DNA of 64,000 nucleotides from Malacoraja senta. Taxonomy: Eukaryota. How positions within the stretch are numbered: position 1 is the stretch's first letter; the number at the start of each line of letters is the position of its first letter. Positions 38,383 to 50,162 of this stretch are shown one piece after another. The translations under genes were made by a program, and so were the position numbers. The DNA is taken from the NCBI GenBank assembly GCA_038087875.1, contig CM075984.1, forward strand, positions 35,278,001 through 35,342,000. Direction: 5' to 3'. The notes below the pieces were generated by a model. That model was given only the letters and a program-made list of their open reading frames with translations. It ran no database searches and was not told where the DNA came from.

Positions 38383-39116
38383 CATCAGGTGGTGCCACTG
38401 TGGTGGTTGCCTCGCCAACAGTCTGTCAGTCCCCTCTCTGTTTTTATTATTTTAAGTTTGTTTTAAAAGTATGAATGAGTGTTTCTTGGTTTGTTTTATG
38501 TGGGGGGTGGGGTGGCGGGTGGGGCAGGGGGGAAAACGGGGGAAACCTTTTTCAGTCACTTACCTCGACAGAGATGCGAACTTTCTCCATGTCGCATCTC
38601 CGTCCGTCCCGTCCCCCTGCGGCCTACAACGTGGAGTGGTGCATCCTTTCCTGGAGACTGGCCCGTAGCTTCAAGCAGCGAGAGCGGCACGGACATTAAC
38701 AACGGGAGCTGCGATCCTTTGCTGAGGGTCTCCAGTGGAGCTCCGACCACGGGGCCTGTGGACTTTAGCACCGTGAAGCCGCGGTCTCCGGTAAGAAGAA
38801 GCCGACATTCCATGCTGTGGACTGTTCCGATCTATCCCGATGCGAGGGCTTGAACATCAGACCATCAGCAGCGACAAGTGCGGAGGGTTCAAAGGTCCCA
38901 ACCATGGGTAAACAAAGGAGGAAGATGACTGAACTTTATTGCCTTCCATCACAGTGAGGAATGTGGATTCCACTGTGGTGGATGTTTATGTTAAATTTTA
39001 TTTTATGTGGCTGTGTGTATTGTTGCTTTTCACTTAGTATGGCTGTATGGTAACTCAAATTTCACTGTACCTTAGTTGGTCAAATGACAATAAACGTGAA
39101 CGTGAACTTGAACTTG
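38383..39116 (+). mobile_element. GC-rich non-coding retroposon with a LINE-type tail
   Basis: CpG-rich body. Ends aatttcactgtacc..tgacaataaa(cgtgaa/cttgaa)n, like the tail at 22290-22337. Confidence 0.55.
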
Positions 39117-39584
39117 GTTTTAGCAAATGCACAAATCCAATTGTCCACACTCACCCTCCAGTGCCTTGTGATAAAACCAAATCTTAATTAATTTATTTTT
39201 CAGATAACTATTTTGAGCAATCACTTAAACTGTTATCTCTCAAACCAAAAAATCTAGCTGAAAGCATCGCTCCTCTGTTTTAAAGTACCCTTTCTTTTGC
39301 ATGTAGACATCAGAGCAAAGATATAGAAAAATAAATCTGTTTCTAGAAATAAATCATGATTTACAGCTGAATATGATAAAGTAGAGAGAGCATGTTGAAT
39401 TTGCTTTTAAATTCATTCCATTGCAGTCAACTGCTACATAACACGACCAGGATGAAGGGCCTGTTTCTATGCTGTATGACTTTATGACTCTATCTGGAAG
39501 CTACCTTTTGTCATTACAGTCTGGAAGTTATTGTAAGTGCAGGCTGGGAAGGAAGCCTGCCCAAATTCTAGTCCATTGAAAAAA

Positions 39585-39790
39585 AGGACACAAAATGCTG
39601 GTAACTTAGCATATCATGCAACATCCCTGGAGAATGCGGATAAATGACGTTTCAGGTTTGCGCCCTTCTTCATACTGACCCGGAAAGTCACCTATCCATG
39701 TTCTTCTCCAGCGATGCTGCCTGACCTGCTCAGTTCCTCCAGCACTTTGCTTCTTTTATTGTAAACCAGCGTCTGCAGTTCCTTGCTTTC
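39585..39790. mobile_element. Inverted pair of Penelope-terminal-repeat pieces
   Basis: An antisense copy ending cccttcttcatactga is immediately followed by the sense copy cccggaaagtcacctatcc...tctgcagttcc. Confidence 0.7.
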
Positions 39791-40700
39791 TCCCTTCCAT
39801 TGAAATGAGCAGAAACAAAATCCAGCAAAATGTTTAAAGGGTATGTGATTAATCCAGTCATAACAAGTGGTTAAAGCCGAATAAAAACAAAAATGAATCA
39901 TGCAGATTATCAGTACATGAATATTTTTAGTGTGCCTTTGCTACTAACATTGCATCATCATGTTGTTATGGCACTGAAGGAGTTCCCTCAGCCTACTGAT
40001 TTTGTGCTGGCTCTAGGTACAGTAGGCCAATTATCCTTTCCTTGCGCGATAGCTCTGCAAATTGTTTTCCTTTGAGTACATAACAATTTCACCTTTGAAT
40101 GTGATGATTGACTGTTTCACCACCCTTCACAAGGATGAATTGCAGATCATGACTACTTTCCGCACTAATTCCCCTATATTTATCCCCATACTATGGATCT
40201 GTATCACGCAGTCTTTGAACTATTCACTAATAGGAACAACTTCTCTCTGTTGGCCCATCTTAACCTACTATGATCTTGCTCACTTCCATTAAATCTCCTC
40301 TCAACCTATGGCTCCATGAGGAACAATCCCAGCCTTCCCACTCTAACCTTGTAAATCTCCATTAGAAACATACTGAACATCTATCTGGCAATATGACTTC
40401 CAGCATCAAACATTGTAGGAGTTAGACATAAACAACCACTGCTAAATTTTTATTAAGAGATTGTTGCAGTTGAAGTATGCAGGAAGCGTTAACAAAATGT
40501 TATTGATCCGCCACCTTTGGTTCCCAATTTCTTTAATCAATTATTTGAGCACTTGTTTTAATTCCTTACCAATGTTTGTTCCTGATTACACACTTACAAT
40601 ATACCTAGGAATATCTTAGAAAGTTTAAGGACTGTTTAAATGTAAGAATTTTTTTTTGAGTACAAACATACCGATCTTTCTGTTTTAATTCACAATGCAG

Positions 40701-40840
40701 TCATCAATGATGGCGCCCTGGATAAGAGTGCGTTTGCTGATGAAGCTGGCAGTGAAGAGGATTTGTATGAGGAGTATCGGAGTGGGAATCACAGATATGG
40801 GCATCAAGGAGGAGGTGGAGAGCAACTGGCCATCAATGAG
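40701..40840 (+). CDS. ARHGEF4: ARHGEF4 APC-binding-region exon (140 bp, phase 1-0); not in the ORF track
   Basis: Acceptor cacaatgcag| and donor |gtaaaa. Encodes xINDGALDKSAFADEAGSEEDLYEEYRSGNHRYGHQGGGGEQLAINE, matching Asef DGALD..DEVGSEEDLY..GGGGEQLAINE, which directly precedes LISDG of the SH3 exon. Confidence 0.92.
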
Positions 40841-43140
40841 GTAAAAGCATTAGATAATTAAGCAGAATATTGTATTCTCGAAGTTAGGTGTACACATAGA
40901 TGGTTATCATAATACAATATCCTTTATATAGATCAAACTTTTTAATATAATAGTGATCCAGAATAATTTCTTAAAATTTTTGACAGATCAAATCTCCAAG
41001 AAATGTGTATACTTTGCTCACCAGGTATTCAATAAGATATACGGCAAAACCTTGATAAATTTAGCTAACATATTTGACCAATATTTGCATGTTCTGAATT
41101 TTTTTAAATGGGAGATCTTCATCACAACACATTTAATCATTTATTCTGCAAATTAATTTAAATGACAACAGTTTTTATTTGTTTGCTGTAACACCCCCCC
41201 CCCCCCCCCGCCCACCACCCACTGCCCAAGATACCAATATTTACTGCTGTCTCAAGATGATTGCTGTTGATTTACTGTGTTATGAATTATTACTTAAATT
41301 GTGCGTTATTACTTAAATAATAATAACTCATAGTGCAAAAATATGTTTGAAGAAACCATGGCTTGGTCAGCTTCACTTTGGCCCACTATTTCCCATCTGC
41401 ATCTTCTCAATCATGGTTCCCCAAATCAATTGCAATTCACCAATACCACCCTGCAGAGATATCCTTCAGGATATATATTCTTCAATTCAATTTGATGCTG
41501 ATATTAAGAGTGTGATAGAAAGGACCTGAAGGGCAAATGCTTAATATCTTTGTGTAATAGTTTAATAGATGGTAGATTTGATAAATCTGGATGATAGATG
41601 TAAATTGAAACTGGATGAAAGCGAATGCAGATTTATCATTAGCTTTGTAGAGTGAAAATGTATTTATAGCCTTCTGAATATCATCCTGATTGCTACTAAT
41701 ACTTGTTCTGCATGGGTTGGATTAAATTTGATATTTCTATAGATTTCTATTTCTGTTACAAAAGCATAGCAAAAACTATACTAATAATATAAAACATATT
41801 TCTTGTGGGGGGTTTTTGTTGGGAGATCAATTTATGTCCTGGATATCTTGTGTTGCGGTTGGAATCTGACTAATTGAAGAGAGTTGACCACCAAATTACT
41901 CTTTGTCTGTCGTCGTGTGTTGTTAAGGTGTAAGTAAAATGGGATAGAATTTGGTGCATAACTTGAAGATTGGCAAATGGCAATAAAACAAAAGAGGAGT
42001 TCTCAATCATTCACTGATTTGGATAACAATGGGGCTAATTTCACTAGGTCTCTTGTGACTTGCCTGGTCTGTACCCATTGAAGTCAATCAAATGTAGTGC
42101 AATTGGTTGGCAGGTGACCTGATCAGCCAGTGAAATTGAAAATTGCCTCCAGTGTCTTTTTGTTACAAGATATTTTTTGTGGTAGTCATGCATATAACTA
42201 TGTTCTGTTATGATGAGTTAGTTTTCTCTGTCATTGATTTTTGCAGCACAGTGGTTATTATGTGACATTACACAGATTGAAGGACTGATAACAATGAAAC
42301 AATAAGAATCTTACTGATCTACAATCCGCAGTGAATGTCTATAAAACATCAGTATCTATTAAAGGTAGAGCTTGCATCTTTGGGTTTAATGTCTATATAA
42401 CCCCATATAACCCCAAGGGCTATATAGAAAATGAAATTCTTATCTTTTTTATCAATAAACTATGCCAACAATAGATGGCAACCGTGCAGAAATTCTCTTA
42501 ACATCTTTCTAAATGAGCTTAGTGCAAGGAATGGCATTGTTATATGCATGTCTCATGAACAGAAATTGATATGATCAAATTTCCAAAGAAGGGTGATTTG
42601 AAATCAAGCCAGAGTAATTGCCCTGCATTGCAAAACATATTGATTCTCAAATGTGTTGCTTTGTAAAGAGTGGTGCAACCTACTCAAGCCCCAGGCAAGC
42701 AAGTCCCTTTGTCTTGCTCTGCTATGTTTGGTTAGATTATGTGTTACATTGTACGGACTGGGTCTTGAACCTATTGCTTTTGACTCAAAAACAGGATAAC
42801 TGCATCAAACCATGTCTGGCTATTTAACCTAGTTGGACATGGTGTAAAAACATATGCATTGAGCACTCCTGCATGGATGAGGATGCCACTTGAACAACAA
42901 TGTCAAACATGGTGTTGATTTTACTCTTCTGCAGTTTGAGTGACGTTATCATGCAGGGATATGATGGCACAGTGATTTAATTATTGACTAGCAATCCCAA
43001 TGATGTGAATTTTAATCTCTCCGTGGCAGCTAGAGCATTAAAATTCAAGAGAATAAGGACATTTAGAATGAATTAAAAATACTTAGCCAAGGAAAGAATA
43101 GCCGTGAAACTACTACATTTTTATAAAACGCCTACACGGT

Positions 43141-43643
43141 TCAATTTGAGGAAGGACATCCTTGCTATTGAGGCAGTGCACGAGGTTAATCCCCGGGATG
43201 GCGGGACTGTCATATGAGGAAAGATTGGAAAGACTGGGCTTGTATTCACTGGAATTTACAAGGATGAGAGGGAATCTCATAGAAACATATAAAATTTAAA
43301 AAGGACTGAACAAGCTAGATGCAGTAAAAATGTTCCCAATGTCGAGGAAGTCCAGAATCGGGGGTCCACAGTCTAAGAATAAAGGGGAGACCATTTAAAA
43401 CTGAGATGAGAAAAAACGTTTTCACCCAGAGGGTTGTGAATTTGTGGAATTCTCTGCCACAGAAGGCAGTAGAGACCAATTCACTGGATGAATTTAAAAG
43501 AGAGTTAGATAGAGCTCTAGGGGCTAGCGGAATCAAGGGATATGGGGAGAAGGCAGGCATGGGTTACTGATTGTGGATGATCAGCCGTGATCACAATGAA
43601 TGGCGGTGTTGGCTCGAAGTGCCAAATGGCCTCCTCCTGCACC
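43141..43643 (+). mobile_element. CR1 LINE 3' fragment inserted into an older SINE-like repeat (~42963-43830)
   Basis: YEERLERLGLYSLEF..RVVNLWNSLP motifs and a tttctatgtttctatg tail. Confidence 0.88.
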
Positions 43644-45725
43644 TATTTTCTATGTTTCTATGTTCACTGATGGGAGGATAGCTGCCCTCCTTTCACAGTC
43701 TGGTGAGAATATGACACCACCCCACCATAGTAGAGGTCGCTTAACTGCATTCTCAGTTCAGGGACAATCAAAGATGGACAATAAATGTCAGGATTGCCAG
43801 TGATGTTCATATCCTGTGAATTAATGAAATAAGTAAGCAGGCTAATCAGCCAATCACTGTGAAGATGTCTTATGAGCATCAAATCCGAGCAAATATCTCA
43901 TAGTTTTAACTTTATTTGGCTTTCTGTGAATTGTTAAAGAGAGGATTGCCACTATCTCATGAAATCTGACATTTTCTCATGTAAATTGTCCCTAGTGTGT
44001 GTAGGATAATGTCAGTGTGCGGGGATCGCTGGTTGGAGCAGATTCGGTGGGCCAAAGGGCCTGTTTCCGCGCTGTATCTCTAAACTTAACAAAAACGAAG
44101 TACTTGCTACTGCAGCGTAGGTTAATGCTGAGATAAACTTCTGGATTTCCATGTTTGACTGTGCATGTGTAGACGCCAGAGGTCGCTGTCAGTTTCAGTG
44201 GGTAATGAGGTGAACCCTGACAGTTTCATCATGATTGTAACTACAGAATTGCAGGTCATTGACGGAAAATAAACCTGTTGTGTATGAAATGGATGGTTTA
44301 TTCGCCACTATCCACCTTAAGATGCTGTGTAATTTCAAGATTAACCTTATTATTTCTTGCTCCTGCACTATGGTACTTTTCTGGCTAGCAGTCTGCAAGG
44401 TACTTGACTAAGTCCTGCTGTTCGGTCTTGATGGTAGCGATGTTCTGTAAGATAATTAGAGTAGGTGAATTTGGCCAGTTGCCCATCTTTCTGATGTTTG
44501 CTTCTGAAGTAGTAGCAATATTTTTGAAAAAGGCAAATGCCCATAATTTTTTGTGCACACACTCTTGTAGTTTCTTAGATAACAAAACAGGTTATTTATA
44601 CAAGAACCAAAACTATAACTGCACGTTATCAGGATTTAAAAGTGAAAACCACTTGTCCAAGGAACTTTTGAGCAATTGCTTGGCGTCTTTTTGCTTGGCC
44701 TCTTTAGATTGGGAATGCAGACATTTTATTCAGTCCTCTGTGGGTTAAATCAGACAATTTTCCCCTCTCCACCAGCTAATCAAAAAAATAATGTTTCTTA
44801 AAAATAAACAAGGCAGTGAAGCAGTTAACACATGTGTGACCACTAGTCTTTAGTCTTAAAACAAAATGCCTTCTAACCTTCCTTCGTTCTCTACCCCCGC
44901 CCAGTACCGCCTCCTCTTCCCCACCCTCCATTCACCCCATCACTGAATAAAAGAATAGACTGAGGTTCAGAATGTCAAGTTAAGAGCTGCTGGAATCGGC
45001 ACTTGCCTTCGGAACTGTATTGTAACAAACACTGTTGTTTCCCCCACGCTCTGGTAGGCAGTGTCTTGATCTCTGCCTCACAGGGGTCCAAGGCAGCAAT
45101 CAAGGCAGTTACATCGATTGGCATTTTAATAAAGGGCCGAGTGTCCATAATTGTGTGCAAAGCTGTGCTTGCGAGAAAGGGAAAAAAAACGCTATTAGTT
45201 TCCATTGCCACAAATAGGAGAGCAATCAAGGCATTGACAGTAAGTGGGCGAGAATGATTTTTAAAATCTACTGCAAATGCTTTAAGTACTGATTTTTTCC
45301 CCTCCATTATTGTAATGTGGTCTCCACTGACATTTTGTCATAGTGTCATGCTTGTGAATGGAGAATATTGTTGATTCTCTTGCAGCTGCGGTGTCTCAAG
45401 TTGTTGCTTTATTGTGGTTGCATTTCCAATGTTCATGCAGAATTGCAGCTGTTAAAATTAGATCTCCAATTTTATCTTTATCTTTTTTTGTATTTTTGGT
45501 GGATTTGACATTCACCCAAATGAAGGCAGTTATGGAAAGAAAGATTTGCCGGAACTTTAATTGCCTAGCAATAAGTTTTAACAGCTGTGCAATTGAAAAT
45601 ATATATTTATTTCCAGAGTGAAATTTGCTGAAAGCCATTTTCATATCATTTTGTGTCAATGCGGAAGTGCAACTGGGTACTTCCAGGATTGGCACACCAG
45701 CTTTAAATGTGCATATTATTATGTA

Positions 45726-46261
45726 CTAGACCAAGTGCAACGCAATATTCCAGCACTCACCATGGGCGGGCGTGGACCCGAGGACCCGAGCAAGGCCACG
45801 GACGGGCGTGGACCCGAGGACCTGAGCGAGGCCTCACCACTGCGGTCTCGATGTGGCCTTCACCGCCGCGGTCTCGATGACTACTTGATGGTTGCGTAAA
45901 ACCCCAGCCGTGGCGTCGGTAGAAGGACGGGTTGGAAAAAGCGGAATGTTAATTTAAATGCGCCACGCTGACGTCATTGGAAGCTGGTGGCCGCCCACCT
46001 CTCCTTTGTGACGTCACTCGGAGCGGGTTAAAGGTTTGCCATTTAAAAAGTCAGTTTTTCGCTATTTTTAAAACGCTATAAGTTGTGAAATATAGCATGT
46101 AATGTGAAGTGAAGCAGTTTATTTTGTCGAAGGGGTTAATATGATTAATAATGTGTGAAAATTTCTGCGCTAGTGCGTGGCGTTTTGACGAAGGTAGAAA
46201 GACAAAGAAGACACACACACGTATACATACATACAAGATAAGACTTTTAATAATATAGAGA
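45726..46261 (-). mobile_element. Non-autonomous Helitron, 536 bp
   Basis: The minus strand starts TCTCTATATTATTAAAAG and ends CACTTGGTCTAG. It sits between host A and T with no TSD and shares its 3' terminus with 37241. Confidence 0.75.
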
Positions 46262-46619
46262 TATTCCCATTGCAAAAATCAATTTAGAGAATGGGGTCAA
46301 TGCTGTTCTGCTACTGACATTCGGGGGCACACATTGTTCAGCATAGTTTCCCTAGTGTAGTACTGGTGTGGGATCCTGATTTAATGTTCATTATATGGGC
46401 TCCGAGCAAAACTGCATCAGCCTTCAGTGCACCCCTACATCCCTGATCCTGCAAGGCTCAGGTCGCCGACACTAGCTCCGCAATTTGAATGAAGCTCCCA
46501 TGGAAGGGCATAATCTACAATCCACTCCTCCACCATTTACCGCCTCCCCACTCCTCTGCTCACTGATTTAAGGAAAAACACTCAGCACCCCTTCTCTACT
46601 CTTAAGGTGCATGCTTCTG

Positions 46620-47213
46620 ATATCACTTGTCGCTTTACCTCCCCCCTTGACTCCATTCAAGGACCCAAGCAGTCTTTCCAGGTGCGGCAGAGGTTCACCT
46701 GCACATCCTCCAACCTCATCTATTGCATCCGTTGCTCTAGTTGTCAGCTGCTCTATATCGGTGAGACCAAGCGTAGGCTTGGCGATCGCTTCACCGAACA
46801 TCTCTGCTCGGTTCGCAATAACCAACATGATCTCCCGGTGGCTCAGCACTTCAACTCCCCCTCCCATTCCGAATCCGACCTTTCTGTCCTGGGCCTCCTC
46901 CATGGCCAGAGTGAGGACCACTGTAAATTGGAGGAGCAGCACCTCATATTTTGCTTGGGCAGTTTGCACCCCAGCGGAATGAACATTGACTTTTCTAATT
47001 TCAGGTAGTCCCTACTTTCTCTTCCCCTTCTCAGCTTTCCCTCAGGCCTCTTGCTCCACCTCTTCCTTTCTTCTTCCCGCCCCCCCACCCTCACATCAGT
47101 CTGAAGAAGGATTTCAACCCGAAACGTTGCCTATTTCCTTCGCTCCATAGATGCTGCCTCACCCGCTGAGTTTCTCCAACATTTTTTGTCTACCTTCGAT
47201 TTTCCAGCATCTG
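46620..47213 (+). mobile_element. Penelope-like element 3' end: GIY-YIG endonuclease C-terminus, pyrimidine tract and terminal repeat with hammerhead-like core (47101-47128)
   Basis: ORF 46607-47008 has NLIYCIRC..C.LLYIGETKRRLGDRFTEH..PVAQHF..LEEQHLIF.LG...PSGMN (PLE GIY-YIG). It is followed by ctgaagaaggatttcaacccgaaacgtt and the short-repeat family sequence. Confidence 0.9.
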
Positions 47214-47981
47214 CATAGATACATAGATAGATACATAGAAAATAGGTGCAGGAGTAGGCCATTCGGCCCTTCGAGCCTGCACCGCCATTCAATATGATCA
47301 TGGCTGATCATCCAACTCAGTATCCCGTACCTGCCTTCTCTCCATACCCCCTGATCCCTTTAGCCACAAGGGCCACATCTAACTCCCTCTTAAATATAGC
47401 CAATGAACTGGCCTCAACTACCCTCTGTGGCAGAGAGTTCCAGAGATTCACCATTTGTGTGAAAAATGTTTTTTTCATCTCGGTCTTAAAGGATTTCCCC
47501 CTTATCCTTAAGCTGTGACCCCTTGTCCTGGACTTCCCCAACATCGGGAACAATCTTCCTGCATCTAGCCAGTCCAACCCCATAAGAATTTTGTAAGTTT
47601 CTATAAGATCCCCTCTCAATCTCCTAAATTCTAGCGAGTATAAGCCGAGTCTATCCAGTCTTTCTTCATATCAAAGTCCTGACATCCCAGGAATCAGTCT
47701 GGTGAACTTTCTCTGCACTCCCTCCATGGCAAGAATGTCCTTCCTCAGATTTGGAGACCAAAACTGTACGCAATACTCCAGGTGTGGTCTCACCAAGACC
47801 CTGTACAACTGCCGTAGAACCTCCCTGCTCCTATACTCAAATCATTTTGCTATGAATGGTAACATACCATTCGCTTTCTTCATTGCCTGCTGCAGCTGCA
47901 TTCCTACTTTCAATGACTGGTGTACCATGACATCCAGGTCTCGCATCTCCCCTTTTCCTAATCGGCCACCATTTAGATAAT
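47214..47981 (-). mobile_element. CR1 LINE 3' fragment
   Basis: ORF 47317-47619 RGDLIETYKI..TRGH..; highly similar to 7172-7770. Confidence 0.92.
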
Positions 47982-48400
47982 TGTCTGCAGCTCCTTCTTA
48001 AACATGCTTCTGATATCTGTCTCTTCTCCGACAAGGGAAAGTTCCCAAAGACCTTTTTCATCTTTCAACTTAAGAGGGAAGTCCTTAAAAAAGGCACAGT
48101 ATGCAAATACGCCCCCCACTCCCACTGTAGTCTGCACTAGAGCCCACTAGTGGGCCACTAGAATTTTCAGGGCCCCGATGTTTTTATTTTGGGTTACTGC
48201 ACTTCAATTTCTTCCAGGTGAAGAATAGCATAGTAGATATAAGCAGAATCCATAACATCTCCATAGCAATAGAATTATAAAATTCCACTTGTGTTGCTTC
48301 TTTCACAACCTCAGAATGTCACAATATGTTTTTCAATAAAATAGTATTTTTGAAATGCACTCAGACATTACATAGAAACAAAACAGCTTATTCGTACAGT

Positions 48401-48927
48401 GCAATAGACAATAGACAATAGGTGCAGTAGGCCATTCGGCCCTTCAAGCCAGCACCGCCATTCAATGTGATCATGGCTGATCATCCGCAATCAGTACCCC
48501 TTTCCTCCCTTCTCCCCATATCCCCTGACTCCGCTATCTTCAAGAGCCCTATCTAGCTCTCTCTTGAAAGTATCCAGAGAACCGGCCTCCACCGCCCTCT
48601 GAGGCAGAGAATTCCACAGACTCACAACTCTCTGTGTGAAAAAGTCTTTCCTCATCTCCGTTCTAAATGGCTTACCCCTTATTCTTAAACTGTGGCCTCT
48701 GGTTCTGGACTCCCCCAACATCGGGAACATGTTTCCTTCCTCTAGCGTGGCCAAACCCTTAATAGTCTTATGCGTTTCAATAAGATGCCCTCTCATCCTT
48801 CTAAACTCCAGAGTATACAAGCCCAGCCACTCCATTCTCTCAGCATACGACAGTCCCGCCATCCCGGTAATTAACCTTGTAAACTTACGCTGCACTTTCT
48901 CAATAGCAAGAATGTCCTTCTTCAAAT
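48401..48927 (-). mobile_element. CR1 LINE 3' fragment, (tctattg)n tail subfamily
   Basis: ORF 48491-48925 carries CR1 RT C-terminal motifs. Confidence 0.9.
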
Positions 48928-49287
48928 TCCATAACTTTAGACATTAGTTAATGGATAATTGTTGACCGTAGGGTGAGGGTGACTATTGCAGAATCATTTA
49001 ACCTAGTTGAGAGAGCTGCTGAGGGCTCCATCTTAAACATTTATCCAAAAGATGTCAGCTCCAACAATATGCACTCCTCTGGTGCTGTGCTGTAGAATCA
49101 AGTTAGAATGTTTGTCCTGGATTGTCAACAGGGATGTGAAAGTGTTTCTAATGTGTCAAACCTACTTTTTTTTCAAACTTTATTCATTCCCGAGAGATGT
49201 GTCATTGGCACAACAAGCATTAATTGCCCAGTATTAATTCTGTGGCAAAGTAGCCATGAGCAACATTCCAGAATTCAGCGATCCTTA

Positions 49288-50162
49288 TGGGCCTGTCCCA
49301 CTTAGACGACTTTTTAAGCGACTGCAGGAGACTATGCAGTCACCACATGGTCACCACATGTTCGTGGGTTGTTGCCGGGGAGTCGCCTTCATGGTCGTGA
49401 GGAGTTCATGCATTCTGGGAACTAGTCGCGGCCTCATTATGGTTGGCGCAAATTTTTCAACATGTTGAAAATTTAGCGGCGACTAGAATGAAGCCGCCAT
49501 GGAGAATAGCGAGAATTCTCGTGCCGTAGATGGGTCGCCATGAGGTCCTAGTGGGTTGCCAGGAGGTCGAAGGATCTCGTAGGTTCTTGTAGGTTGTAGC
49601 CGGTGTTGACTGGTGAAATTCATTGGATCATTGGGGAAAAAAACCCGTAAGCAGTAGAACCAAGGATAACCAATGTTAATGTCCGCCGAGTTTCACAGCT
49701 GTGTATCTCTGGCTTCTTAAAAGTCATCTGGCTTCTTAAAAGTTGTCTCCACTCCTTCTCCCTCCTTCACGCTCCTTCTCCCTCCTTCTCCCTCCTTCTC
49801 CCTCCTTCTCCCTCCTTCTCCCTCCTTCTCACTCCTTCTCCCTCCTTCTCCACCCTTCTCCCCCCTTCTCCACCCTTCTCCCCACCCTCCCCCCCCTTTT
49901 AAAGGACTTACCGTACACTGTGCTTTAGCCGTCTTAATTACAGCGCTGACCTTCCTGTTCATCGTGGTGTGTGTCTGTATCAACTTGGCTTTGCACCGTG
50001 TGAATTTCAGACAGCGCTCCCCCCGCTTGCCCTGTCCCCGCCTTTGCGATGTGTGTTTCACTCTGACAGTCGCCGTTCCAGTTGCTGGTCTTTCAGGCGA
50101 CTGCCGGCAACGTGACAGTCGCCGGCAGATGCCTGAAAAATTGCTTAAGTGGGACAGGCCCT
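49288..50162. mobile_element. PIF/Harbinger-type MITE, 875 bp
   Basis: 16/17-bp TIRs (T/A)GGGCCTGTCCCACTTA and a TTA TSD (49285-49287 / 50163-50165). Internal (ctccttctcc)n tract at 49750-49895. Confidence 0.88.

Noticed and set aside
45762-45880. 36-bp repeats as a CRISPR-like array
   Set aside because: Adjacent tandem units with no spacers, inside a Helitron in vertebrate DNA.
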